Below, one piece after another: positions 1 to 7,747 of a stretch of 31,138 nucleotides of DNA. The position numbers and the translations under genes were made by a program. The notes beneath the pieces are model-generated. The model was not told where the DNA came from. It was given only the letters and a program-made list of their open reading frames with translations, and searched no databases. Each line of letters starts with the position of its first letter. The stretch's first letter is position 1. This stretch comes from a virus (Duplodnaviria > Caudoviricetes): IMG/VR virus record IMGVR_UViG_3300021180_000040, positions 1 to 31,138 of that record, one strand, 5' to 3'.

Positions 1-228
1 TGCGTTTATTGCGGCGCGCCGGATACGATATGCATCGGCTGCGAAACGACCGAGTACGTCGCATACTATCCCGACCCCGAGCCGCAGATGCTCTGGTGGT
101 CGAAGGACGCGAAGTTGGACGAGTGGCCGAAGATGCGGTGCATGCCAAAGTGGATGTTTGCGATCCGGCACCCCAAGATGTTCTGGAGGGTGTTTGTGCG
201 GAAGGAGGGACGAGTGCATGGGCGCTGA
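1..228 (+). CDS. Partial hypothetical protein (5' truncated) with CxxC motifs
   Basis: Frame 1 is open from the window start (CVYCGAPDTICIGCE...) to TGA at 226-228, overlapping the next ATG at 218. Confidence 0.55.
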   Translation, partial: CVYCGAPDTICIGCETTEYVAYYPDPEPQMLWWSKDAKLDEWPKMRCMPKWMFAIRHPKMFWRVFVRKEGRVHGR

Positions 229-598
229 GGAGATTTGCGGACTGCCGAGGTTTGTCATCTTGCACGAACCGTACAGGGTTCCAGGTGGAGCAATGTGCGC
301 CGGTGATGACTTTAGCGTGATCTCCGTCGACAGTACCTACCAGTGGCTGATGGAGTTGACGATGTTTCATACCCCAGTCCCGGTCCAAGGTTTGCTGATG
401 TGGTCAAGACAAAGGCAATTCATGCCCATCGCTGGGTCAAAGTTTCCTCCGCCCCAGCCGCCACCAGAGCTATACTTCTTCGGCTATAAATGTCAGCGGT
501 GCGGGCAGATTTACCTTCTGCCGGATTCCGTCAAGGTTCCAGACGAGATTCCGGCGGCAATGCAACACGAGTGTTCGGGGGATAAGCATGGGCGGTAA
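218..598 (+). CDS. Hypothetical protein with a CxxC (YKCQRCG) motif
   Basis: AAGGAGG RBS at 202-208 precedes ATG at 218; overlaps both neighbours. Confidence 0.65.
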   Translation: MGAEEICGLPRFVILHEPYRVPGGAMCAGDDFSVISVDSTYQWLMELTMFHTPVPVQGLLMWSRQRQFMPIAGSKFPPPQPPPELYFFGYKCQRCGQIYLLPDSVKVPDEIPAAMQHECSGDKHGR

Positions 599-800
599 AG
601 GTTCCGGAGTCCGCAACGACGAGCGGCGCGATCAGATCAAGCGGCTGCTGGCGCAAAAGCCGGTGTTGAACTTTTCCCAGATCGGCGAAATGGTTGGCGT
701 GAGCCGCGAGCGCGTAAGGCAGTTGGCGGCGGAGTTGGGGATTACCGGGCAGTCGGGCCGCGGAGGTTTGCGCGGGCGCCGGCCGAAAGTCCAGCCATGA
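588..800 (+). CDS. Small helix-turn-helix DNA-binding protein (sigma70 region 4-like)
   Basis: LNFSQIGEMVGVSRERVRQL matches the sigma region 4.2-type HTH pattern; ATGA overlap with the next gene. Confidence 0.75.
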   Translation: MGGKGSGVRNDERRDQIKRLLAQKPVLNFSQIGEMVGVSRERVRQLAAELGITGQSGRGGLRGRRPKVQP

Positions 801-1060
801 ACGACAAGTCCCTCAACCCGTTCACCGACCTCGCCGAGTACGAGCCGCCGAAGACGCATACCTCCGGCCGCCGCGAACTTCGCTACGAGAGCGCCATCCG
901 AGGGGTCAAGATTCACGCGCACCCGAAGAATGCGGATGAGGCGATGAAGGCGGCGCTGACCGGCCAGATGGTCGAGACACTCCCGATCCGGCGCGCCCAG
1001 CCGAAGGTGAGCAAGAAAGAGCGGGCGAAGCTGAAGCGGGAGTTGAAGCGCAAGTCCTGA
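797..1060 (+). CDS. Basic hypothetical protein
   Basis: ATGA-coupled ORF with a Lys/Arg-rich C-terminus. Confidence 0.7.
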   Translation: MNDKSLNPFTDLAEYEPPKTHTSGRRELRYESAIRGVKIHAHPKNADEAMKAALTGQMVETLPIRRAQPKVSKKERAKLKRELKRKS

Positions 1061-1117
1061 TTTGCTCATTTACCCACAACCAAAGCAGCGTATGATTTCC
1101 AGTGGAGGCGAACCCGA

Positions 1118-1750
1118 ATGACCGACGTAACGACCGCTCAACTTCTGGCCGAAGCGGAAAAAGACATCAACCGAGTGTCCGGCCTGACCGAAGCCATCAA
1201 GGATGAAGTCGCGGCGGTGAGGGACGCACTCAGCCTCCTGCGCCAGAGCTCCAGCGCCAACTTCTCCGAGACAATCGTCTATCGGGTCATCCAGAAGCTC
1301 GAAACGGCGGTCGTGAGCCTTGAGTCGAAGTCTGCCGGCTACGAGCAGGAAATTCTGCAAATCCTTCGGAGGATCGCAAAGCGAGAGAGTCCTCCACCAC
1401 CCTCCACTTCCATAACCACATTTCAGATCCAACAGGAGAATCCCATGGTTTCCATCGCTCCCGGAAATTCGCCCGTCTTCACCGCAACGCCGGTCCCTGC
1501 GACCAGTGTTCCCTCGACCCCGCCCACCTGGACCTCCAGCGACACGACCAATGCGCCGATCACGGTTGACCCGACCGGCCTGATTGCGACTGTGGCGATT
1601 CCGTCGACCGCAGTGGTTGGCACGTCCTTCACGCTGGAGATTTCGTATACGAATGCGGACGGCACGGTTGCGACTGGCTCGACCACTCAGACCATCGTAT
1701 CCGCGCCGTCGCCGGACATTACGAGTTTCACCATCGAGCAGACTCAGTAG
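1118..1750 (+). CDS. Coiled-coil plus Ig-like (Big_2-type) domain protein; possible internal start at 1445
   Basis: GGAGG RBS; heptad-like N-terminal half; Thr/Ser-rich beta C-terminal half with a TWTSSD motif; internal AGGAG (1434-1438) before in-frame ATG 1445. Confidence 0.7.
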   Translation: MTDVTTAQLLAEAEKDINRVSGLTEAIKDEVAAVRDALSLLRQSSSANFSETIVYRVIQKLETAVVSLESKSAGYEQEILQILRRIAKRESPPPPSTSITTFQIQQENPMVSIAPGNSPVFTATPVPATSVPSTPPTWTSSDTTNAPITVDPTGLIATVAIPSTAVVGTSFTLEISYTNADGTVATGSTTQTIVSAPSPDITSFTIEQTQ

Positions 1751-1751
1751 T

Positions 1752-2030
1752 ATGCTGCCGATCGCCCCAGGACAATCCCCGCAATTCAGGCTTACCCCCG
1801 AGCCTGCGGGGATTCCCACCTCCATCGCAAACATTGGCTGGGCCGCCGAAGTCTCGGATGGGTCGGCGGTCACGATGACGTCGAACACATCGGACGCAAC
1901 CGGCATGACGGCCACGCTGAAGATTCCGGCCAGTACGAAGGTTGGGTCTACCATCATCGTCTGGTGCGTGTACACCAATCCCGACTTCAAGCAGGCTGTC
2001 GGCGGCCCGTGGAAGTTCACCGTGGTCTAG
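1752..2030 (+). CDS. Ig-like domain protein, paralogue of the C-terminal half of the upstream gene
   Basis: MLPIAPGQSPQF...DATGMTATLKIPASTKVGST...YTNPD aligns with MVSIAPGNSPVF...DPTGLIATVAIPSTAVVGTS...YTNAD. Confidence 0.7.
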   Translation: MLPIAPGQSPQFRLTPEPAGIPTSIANIGWAAEVSDGSAVTMTSNTSDATGMTATLKIPASTKVGSTIIVWCVYTNPDFKQAVGGPWKFTVV

Positions 2031-2050
2031 CCTCTGGCCGGAGTAACCTC

Positions 2051-2082
2051 AAGCCTCGGAGAAATCCGGGGCTTTTATTTTT
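2051..2082 (+). terminator. Rho-independent terminator
   Basis: AAGCCTCGGA-GAAA-TCCGGGGCTT hairpin followed by TTATTTTT. Confidence 0.85.
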
Positions 2083-2145
2083 CCGCCGATTCCCCTTGCG
2101 CTATACTTGAAACCGTGTAAGACTGATTTTCAACAAGGAGAGTCT

Positions 2146-2718
2146 ATGAGTTTCGTTCCACTCCGCGACCGGGTCTGTTTGCGCCGTGTCGAGCAAGTCA
2201 AGAAAGAATCCCCCTTCATCGATCCCGAGACGGCCAAGCAGAAACCGACCGAGTGCGAGGTCGTGGCTATCTCAACCGGCTACATGTCCGAGTACGGCAT
2301 CCGGTTTTTGCCGCCAGTCAAAGTCGGCCAGCGCGTGCTCATCGGAAAGTATTCCGGGTCCGAGCATAAGGTTGATGGCGAAGAGTTGCTCTTTGTCAGG
2401 TGGGACGAATTGCTGGCGGTGGAACCTAAGCCCGCTACGCCGGTCCAGTTCGAAGGCTTGATATCCGACAGTCAGGCGCTTCAGACGAAGCTAACCTACG
2501 GCGGCATCCCACGCGAGCTGAATGACTACACGACGCCGATACCCGCACAGCTCGCGACCAAGGAAGAGGTGAAAGCGAAGATGAGAGCAGAGCTTGATTT
2601 CGCCGCGCGAGGAGAAAGCCATCCGCCCGTGGAATCTGACGCCGATCTTTCCGACAAGCAGCGCGCCGAAGAGTTGACGGAAAAGTTCCTGCGCAAGCAC
2701 GGCAAGGGTGGAGAGTAG
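2146..2718 (+). CDS. groES: Co-chaperonin GroES with a C-terminal extension of about 95 aa
   Basis: FVPLRDRV...AKQKP...VKVGQRVLIGKYSGSEHKVDGEELLFVRWDELLAV is the Cpn10 signature; AAGGAG RBS before ATG 2146. Confidence 0.9.
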   Translation: MSFVPLRDRVCLRRVEQVKKESPFIDPETAKQKPTECEVVAISTGYMSEYGIRFLPPVKVGQRVLIGKYSGSEHKVDGEELLFVRWDELLAVEPKPATPVQFEGLISDSQALQTKLTYGGIPRELNDYTTPIPAQLATKEEVKAKMRAELDFAARGESHPPVESDADLSDKQRAEELTEKFLRKHGKGGE

Positions 2719-2720
2719 TC

Positions 2721-3158
2721 ATGGAGCAGACCGGAGCGACTTTTACGGGATGGTGTCTGGTCGAACTCATGGGGCACCAGCGCGAGGCAGGATTCGTGAC
2801 AACCCAGTATTTCGGCGACAAAGCCATGTTTCAAATCGACGTGCCTGAGATACCGGAGCGCGAGGAGACGTTGACGGTCCCGAGATGGGAAGGCGAGAAG
2901 CTATTGCCCAGAGGGTCGGTCATTTCCCGCCAAGCCATCCCGGGCCGCACCCGTCTGGTCAATCCTTCGGCTGTCTACGCCATCAACCCGGCGACAGAGG
3001 AAGCGGTCCGCACCGCCGTAGCCGCGAGCGAACGCCGCACGGTCAAAGTGATCTCGGTTCCGGAAGGCGCGCAGCCGGTCTTGCCGATGCCCCAATCTGA
3101 AATCGATGGCTACGACGAGGAACCAGCCGACAGCGAAGACGAAGAGTTGCCGGTCTAA
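2721..3158 (+). CDS. Conserved phage hypothetical protein (WxxVELMGH motif)
   Basis: GGAG RBS; the motif WCLVELMGHQREAGFV is one I recall from phage proteins; acidic tail. Confidence 0.75.
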   Translation: MEQTGATFTGWCLVELMGHQREAGFVTTQYFGDKAMFQIDVPEIPEREETLTVPRWEGEKLLPRGSVISRQAIPGRTRLVNPSAVYAINPATEEAVRTAVAASERRTVKVISVPEGAQPVLPMPQSEIDGYDEEPADSEDEELPV

Positions 3159-3224
3159 CAGAATTTCAAACGACGACGAAGGCCGAATCCCCTCCTGTAA
3201 TTCCGAGCTAGCGCGGATGGAGGG

Positions 3225-3509
3225 GTGGAGGCGAAAAGGACAGATGTGAGAAACGAACTAAAACATTCGTGGCCAGAGGACGGTATCCAAGGCGTTGCAC
3301 TTGGAGATCGCGATTTGTTTCTTGTTGAAGTCTTGAATGTGCGAGAACCCGAGGAGTGGGGAGGCATACTCGCAGAGGTTTCACTGACCCTCGAAGGCGC
3401 AACGCGTAGGATGGAAGAACTGAAAAAGAGCATCCTTGACAAAGGTTGGACATGCGAGTTGCGGGTCGCTAGGTATGTCCGCGCAGAAGAAGGCGAAAAG
3501 GAGGAATGA
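3225..3509 (+). CDS. Hypothetical protein
   Basis: GGAGG upstream of GTG; ATGA overlap with the next ORF. Confidence 0.6.
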   Translation: MEAKRTDVRNELKHSWPEDGIQGVALGDRDLFLVEVLNVREPEEWGGILAEVSLTLEGATRRMEELKKSILDKGWTCELRVARYVRAEEGEKEE

Positions 3510-3652
3510 AGATGGGCATCACCGATGGAACCGGCAAGAGCGCTTGGAAAACCCCTCCCGAAAGCGACGAGGCCACGCGGAAGCGATTACACAAAGCCGT
3601 CCCACTCCCCACCCCAAAGAAAAAGAAGGCCAAGAAGGAGCAAGCCAAGTAA
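3506..3652 (+). CDS. Small Lys-rich protein (48 aa), absent from the ORF track
   Basis: AGGAGG then ATG 3506; MKMGITDGTGKSAWKTPP...KKKKAKKEQAK*; TAATG coupling to the next gene. Confidence 0.55.
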   Translation: MKMGITDGTGKSAWKTPPESDEATRKRLHKAVPLPTPKKKKAKKEQAK

Positions 3653-3882
3653 TGCCCAACATGCTCATCGACAAGCAAGTTTTTATCGAACACGCCCACA
3701 TGCTGGTCAACCCGTCTCAGGGAGAGCGGAAGTATGTCCTCCGCTTTATTCCGTCGGCACAACTCACGGTGCCGAAAGAGGTATTCGATGGGGTGGAAGT
3801 CGGTCGTGAGTATGCTATCACCCTCACAGATGCACCAATCAAGCGCAAGAGGTCCAGTGCGACCAGAAGGACGACCAAGTAA
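3652..3882 (+). CDS. Hypothetical protein
   Basis: AAGGAG RBS; TAATG coupling on both sides. Confidence 0.65.
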   Translation: MPNMLIDKQVFIEHAHMLVNPSQGERKYVLRFIPSAQLTVPKEVFDGVEVGREYAITLTDAPIKRKRSSATRRTTK

Positions 3883-5654
3883 TGCCGAGTTTGAACCCAA
3901 AGCAGATTGTCACCAAAGATGAATGCCACGCCGCCATCATGAAGGGCGTCGACGCCGTAGCCGATGTGGTTTCGATAACGTTGGGGCCGGGCGGAAGGAA
4001 TGTCCTGCTGGATGAAGGCCCGTTCCGGGAAGGCAGGTCCACGCGCGACGGTGTGACGGTAGCCAAGAAGATCGCCCTCTCCGACCCAATCGCCAATCTC
4101 GCCGCACAACTCGTCATTTCGGTTGCACGAAGGGCCGGTGACTCCGCCGGCGACGGCACCACGACCGCAACTGTCCTCGCCCAGGCCATCTACAAAGGCG
4201 GCGTCCGGCAGGTTGCGGCAGGTGCGAATCCTGTCGCCCTCAAGCGCGGCATCGATGCAGCCATCACGGCCATCGTCGGGACCAAGGACGAGAAGGGCAA
4301 CTACCAGGGCGGAACTTTGGCGCCGCTGATCCTGCCCGTCGAAGACCCCAATGTCATCGCCCAGGTCGGCACGCTGTCGGCCAACTCCGACCCCGACATC
4401 GGAAACATGATCGCCGCGGCCATTGCGCAGGTCGGCAAGGACGGCACGGTCACGGTCGAGGAATCGCAGTCGATGGAGACGACGCTCGATGTGGTCGAGG
4501 GCATGCAGTTCAATCAGGGGTATCTGTCGCCTTACTTCATCACCGATGGCGAGCGGATGGAGGCGATGCTTTCCGGGGATGATTCTGCGCCGGTGTTCCT
4601 GCTGCTCCACGAAAAGCGCCTCGTCTACCACACCGACCTTACGCCGGTAGCGACCATCGTGCATCAGGCGGGCGGAAGCCTTGTCGTGATCGCCGAAGAC
4701 ATCGCCGAGTCCGCGCTCGCATGGCTGGTGGTCAACCGGATGCAGGGCCGGTTCCGATCGATCGCAGTCAAGACCCCCGGCTTCGGCGACCGCAAGAAGG
4801 CGTTGCTCGATGACTTGGCCGTCCTGACCGGCGCAACCGTCATCAGCCCCGACCTCGGAATCAAGATGGAGTCGGTAACCCTCGGGATGCTGGGCCGGGC
4901 GAAGCGGGTGACGGTGACGAAGGATGACACGACCATCGTTGGCGGCATGGGCGACGAAACGATCCTGAATGGCCGGCGCAATGACCTTCGTGCTCAGATC
5001 GAGCGGACGACTTCGGACTACGACCGGGAGCGTCTGACCGAGCGGCTGGCGAAGTTGACGGGCGGGGTTGCAGTCGTCAAGGTTGGCGGCCAGACGGAAG
5101 CCGAGATGAAAGAGCGGAAGGATCGCGCCGAGGATGCGATGTACGCGACCCGGGCGGCTGTCGCTGAGGGTATCGTGCCTGGCGGCGGGACCGCGCTGAT
5201 CCTGGCGGTGGACTCGCATGCGTTCATGCAAGCGGCGATGAATGTGGCGAACGAGGATGAGTTGGCCGGATTCAGGATCGTTGCGAAGGCTTGCGAAGCG
5301 CCGTTGAAGCGGATCGTGTCGAATGCTGGCGGCGAAGGTGGCGAGATCGTGGCGGAGTTGCGTAGGCGAAAGGCGCACGTCAGGTCAGTCAAGACGGATA
5401 TTCCGTTGGAGCTTCGCCAAAACAACTTCTTCGGCTACAACGCCGCGACGCGAGAGTTTGAAGACCTACTCAAGTCTGGCGTCATAGACCCAGCCCGCGT
5501 GACCCGCACGGCATTGCAGGCGGCTGGCAGCATCGCAGGTCTCTTGCTGACCAATGAGGCTATCGTGGCCGATGACGTTGAGGCGGCGAGCGAGGTACGC
5601 AAGTCGCTGGTGCCGGTGATGCCCGGTGGCCAGCAGCAGATGTTGGGGTATTGA
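3882..5654 (+). CDS. groEL: Chaperonin GroEL (Cpn60)
   Basis: TLGPGGRNV, DGVTVAK, AGDGTTTATVLAQAI, VVEGMQF..GYLSPYF, PGFGDRKK, ERLAKLTGGVAV, EGIVPGGG and GVIDP motifs. Confidence 0.97.
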   Translation: MPSLNPKQIVTKDECHAAIMKGVDAVADVVSITLGPGGRNVLLDEGPFREGRSTRDGVTVAKKIALSDPIANLAAQLVISVARRAGDSAGDGTTTATVLAQAIYKGGVRQVAAGANPVALKRGIDAAITAIVGTKDEKGNYQGGTLAPLILPVEDPNVIAQVGTLSANSDPDIGNMIAAAIAQVGKDGTVTVEESQSMETTLDVVEGMQFNQGYLSPYFITDGERMEAMLSGDDSAPVFLLLHEKRLVYHTDLTPVATIVHQAGGSLVVIAEDIAESALAWLVVNRMQGRFRSIAVKTPGFGDRKKALLDDLAVLTGATVISPDLGIKMESVTLGMLGRAKRVTVTKDDTTIVGGMGDETILNGRRNDLRAQIERTTSDYDRERLTERLAKLTGGVAVVKVGGQTEAEMKERKDRAEDAMYATRAAVAEGIVPGGGTALILAVDSHAFMQAAMNVANEDELAGFRIVAKACEAPLKRIVSNAGGEGGEIVAELRRRKAHVRSVKTDIPLELRQNNFFGYNAATREFEDLLKSGVIDPARVTRTALQAAGSIAGLLLTNEAIVADDVEAASEVRKSLVPVMPGGQQQMLGY

Positions 5655-5663
5655 GGAACTCAT

Positions 5664-6011
5664 ATGACATTCAGCGACGATGGACAAACCGTAACATTGA
5701 CGATTGTTGAATACGGTCAACTCGCAGGAGTGGCAGAAAAGGCTGTGCGAGATGCCAATGAGCGCGTGGCTGCTGCCCGTGCAGATGCTGGAACGAGTAA
5801 GCGGCTCCTCGAAGAGTGCATGAACAAGGATGCCAATGTCAGGTATCAATTGGACCTCAAGACGGCCCTTCAGCGCCACCAGGACAATGCCGGCCAGATT
5901 GTCCGTCTCGCAGAAAACTTTATGCGCGAGGTGTATCACGAGTGCGCTAACGTAGGCCGGACAAACCGCACCGAGCTTGAAGAGAAGATGAAGCAGTTGC
6001 GAGGGTATTGA
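5664..6011 (+). CDS. Helical hypothetical protein
   Basis: GAGGA RBS; coiled-coil-like composition. Confidence 0.7.
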   Translation: MTFSDDGQTVTLTIVEYGQLAGVAEKAVRDANERVAAARADAGTSKRLLEECMNKDANVRYQLDLKTALQRHQDNAGQIVRLAENFMREVYHECANVGRTNRTELEEKMKQLRGY

Positions 6012-6012
6012 G

Positions 6013-6207
6013 ATGATAGAAGCTGTGTTAGTGGTAGCGCTGATCTTCTCCTTAATGGTCCTATTTGCTGTTGCCCAGCCACATTTAGGCGGAAAATTTA
6101 CCTGCACCTTCTGCGGCAAGGATGTTGGATTCGATGGCGGTCAGAAGTGGGCACAGTGTTCCGGCTGTGGTCACCGCACGCGAGTTAGGATGTTTGGCAA
6201 GGATTGA
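6013..6207 (+). CDS. Small membrane-anchored zinc-ribbon protein
   Basis: Hydrophobic N-terminal 20 aa, then CTFC...CSGC. Confidence 0.65.
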   Translation: MIEAVLVVALIFSLMVLFAVAQPHLGGKFTCTFCGKDVGFDGGQKWAQCSGCGHRTRVRMFGKD

Positions 6208-6232
6208 GTTCCGTGGGTGCGTCACGGAAAAT

Positions 6233-6308
6233 GCGCGGGTAGCTTAAGCAGAGAGAGCGAGCCCGGGACGCCGGGCAGGAGATGCCGGTAGGAGTCCGGC
6301 CCCGCGCA
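6233..6308 (+). ncRNA. tRNA-like RNA with a non-canonical anticodon arm
   Basis: Acceptor GCGCGGG/CCCGCGC; U8-A9; D stem GCTT/GAGC; arm GCCCGG-GACG-CCGGGC; T arm GCCGG-TAGGAGT-CCGGC. No 7-nt anticodon loop, no TTC, no CCA. Confidence 0.65.
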
Positions 6309-6330
6309 GAAGTTAAGGAGGCAATCAATC

Positions 6331-6534
6331 ATGACTACGCTATCGATTTGGGAACTTCAGTGGGGCAGATCATCCGTGGAGTATGCGAATGTGGCTGCGA
6401 GCAACTTCAAGGAAGCGCTTGCCCTTTCGGTCTCGTACATCCAGCAGCAAAAGCAGCACTGGGTAGACGTCGGCGAGAACGACATTCAGGGACTCAAGCG
6501 ACGGAACGAATCTGTAGTCGTAGCCAATCCGTAG
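6331..6534 (+). CDS. Hypothetical protein
   Basis: Strong TAAGGAGG RBS before ATG. Confidence 0.7.
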   Translation: MTTLSIWELQWGRSSVEYANVAASNFKEALALSVSYIQQQKQHWVDVGENDIQGLKRRNESVVVANP

Positions 6535-6573
6535 GAGTAACCACCATGCCACGAAGGCACAAAGGAGAAGACG

Positions 6574-6804
6574 ATGCCATCACAAGCAGACATTAACAAC
6601 TGGTTCACCTATCACGCGCCCACGCCAGAGCAACTGGTCGCGTACAACGACATCCGCACTGCCGCGAAGATTTATGCGGAGACGGTCAACAAGCACGTTC
6701 CCGAGTGCGCCGACAAGACGGCCGCAATCCGCAAGATTCGCGAGTCGGTGATGGCTGCAAACTTGGCCGTCGCCTGCTACGTCGAACCCCCGCAGAACAT
6801 CTAG
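6574..6804 (+). CDS. Acb2/Tad1-like helical-hairpin protein (putative sponge for immune signalling nucleotides)
   Basis: INNWFTYHAP..EQ..Y..IR..AK..A......P...DKTAAIRKIRESVMAAN.AVA resembles, from memory, the Acb2/Tad1 hairpin family pattern; AAGGAG RBS. Confidence 0.6.
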   Translation: MPSQADINNWFTYHAPTPEQLVAYNDIRTAAKIYAETVNKHVPECADKTAAIRKIRESVMAANLAVACYVEPPQNI

Positions 6805-6808
6805 CCCG

Positions 6809-6913
6809 ATGACCGAAGAACAAAAGCGCGAACTGGCCCGGCAGGAACGCACACGGCGTGAAGAGGTCATTCGTCTGTGGTCGAAGATGCCGGACGCGAA
6901 GGAGAAGCAATGA
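6809..6913 (+). CDS. Small charged peptide (34 aa)
   Basis: MTEEQKRELARQERTRREEVIRLWSKMPDAKEKQ* fills the gap, with ATGA overlap to the next gene. Confidence 0.4.
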   Translation: MTEEQKRELARQERTRREEVIRLWSKMPDAKEKQ

Positions 6914-7182
6914 GCGCAACTACGCCAATGCCGCAGTATCAGTCGCACAAGAAAGTCTGGGCTCTGAAAATTGTGCGAGTCGAAGACCTCGGCACAGATA
7001 CAACCACGGATGAAAATCCGATAGCGATGGTTCACTTCGATGCGCCATTTGCGCCGAAGCGGTTCAATCTGCGCGGCAAGCCGACGCCCGCCGCTGGCTG
7101 GTATTACGTGGTGTATCCAGACGGCTACGAATCCTTCAGCCCCGCCGCCGCATTCGAAGAAGGCTACACGCTCATCAAATGA
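6910..7182 (+). CDS. Conserved phage protein of the GxYVVYxDGYxSxSP family
   Basis: YQSHKKVWALKI...GWYYVVYPDGYESFSPAAAFEEGY; AAGGAG RBS before ATG 6910. Confidence 0.75.
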   Translation: MSATTPMPQYQSHKKVWALKIVRVEDLGTDTTTDENPIAMVHFDAPFAPKRFNLRGKPTPAAGWYYVVYPDGYESFSPAAAFEEGYTLIK

Positions 7183-7418
7183 CTGACACCCCCACAAAGC
7201 GCGTCCTCCTCACCCGCGAGCAAGTGATCGATGCGCTGCGTTCGGAGGTTGAGGCCAACGGCCTTTCGGTGACGGCGCGGAAGTATGGGATATCGCCTCA
7301 GCAGGTGTCGGACGTCGTGCGTGGCGCGGCGAGGCTGTCAGAGCGAATGTGGAAGCGGCTTCGTTACCAGAGATTTGAGTTGTTCGAACGCACTGAAGAG
7401 GAAGGCGGGGAATTATGA
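7179..7418 (+). CDS. Cro/XRE-like HTH protein
   Basis: LSVTARKYGISPQQVSDVVRG fits an HTH pattern; ATGA overlaps. Confidence 0.7.
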   Translation: MTDTPTKRVLLTREQVIDALRSEVEANGLSVTARKYGISPQQVSDVVRGAARLSERMWKRLRYQRFELFERTEEEGGEL

Positions 7419-7747
7419 ACTGGCTACTCACTCGTATCTGGCCATGGTCCGAGATTCGCGATCTGCGCCGCCAGCGCGATTCGGTCAACGGCCATTTCCT
7501 CAAAGCTCAAGAATTCGGCGATGCGTGCTGTGCACTGTTGGATCAAGTCCACACGCCATGGCGGCATATTCGGCTGGACGGAAAGTTATACATCATGGGC
7601 GTCGATACCACGTCAGTTATGGAGCGGTGCGACGCATCGGTGGTCTTCTATCGCACCGATGAAGGTATTGAAGAGTTTGTTGCCAAGAGTCCCGAGCAAG
7701 TTTCGGTTGAGCTTCAGGACAAAGGAAAGGTAGATTTAGACGCATGA
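7415..7747 (+). CDS. Hypothetical protein with an IWPWS N-terminal motif
   Basis: ATGA-coupled; N-terminus shared with the next gene. Confidence 0.7.
   Translation: MNWLLTRIWPWSEIRDLRRQRDSVNGHFLKAQEFGDACCALLDQVHTPWRHIRLDGKLYIMGVDTTSVMERCDASVVFYRTDEGIEEFVAKSPEQVSVELQDKGKVDLDA

Noticed and set aside
1070-2020. 316-aa minus-strand ORF
   Set aside because: It is antisense to the two Ig-like genes, which have RBS, paralogy and terminator support.
3717-5378. 553-aa minus-strand ORF
   Set aside because: It is the antisense shadow of groEL, caused by GC-rich codon bias.
6233-6308. Functional decoding tRNA (for example Val-GAC or Arg-ACG)
   Set aside because: The loop is 4 nt rather than 7, lacks U33, and the T and D loop consensus bases are missing.
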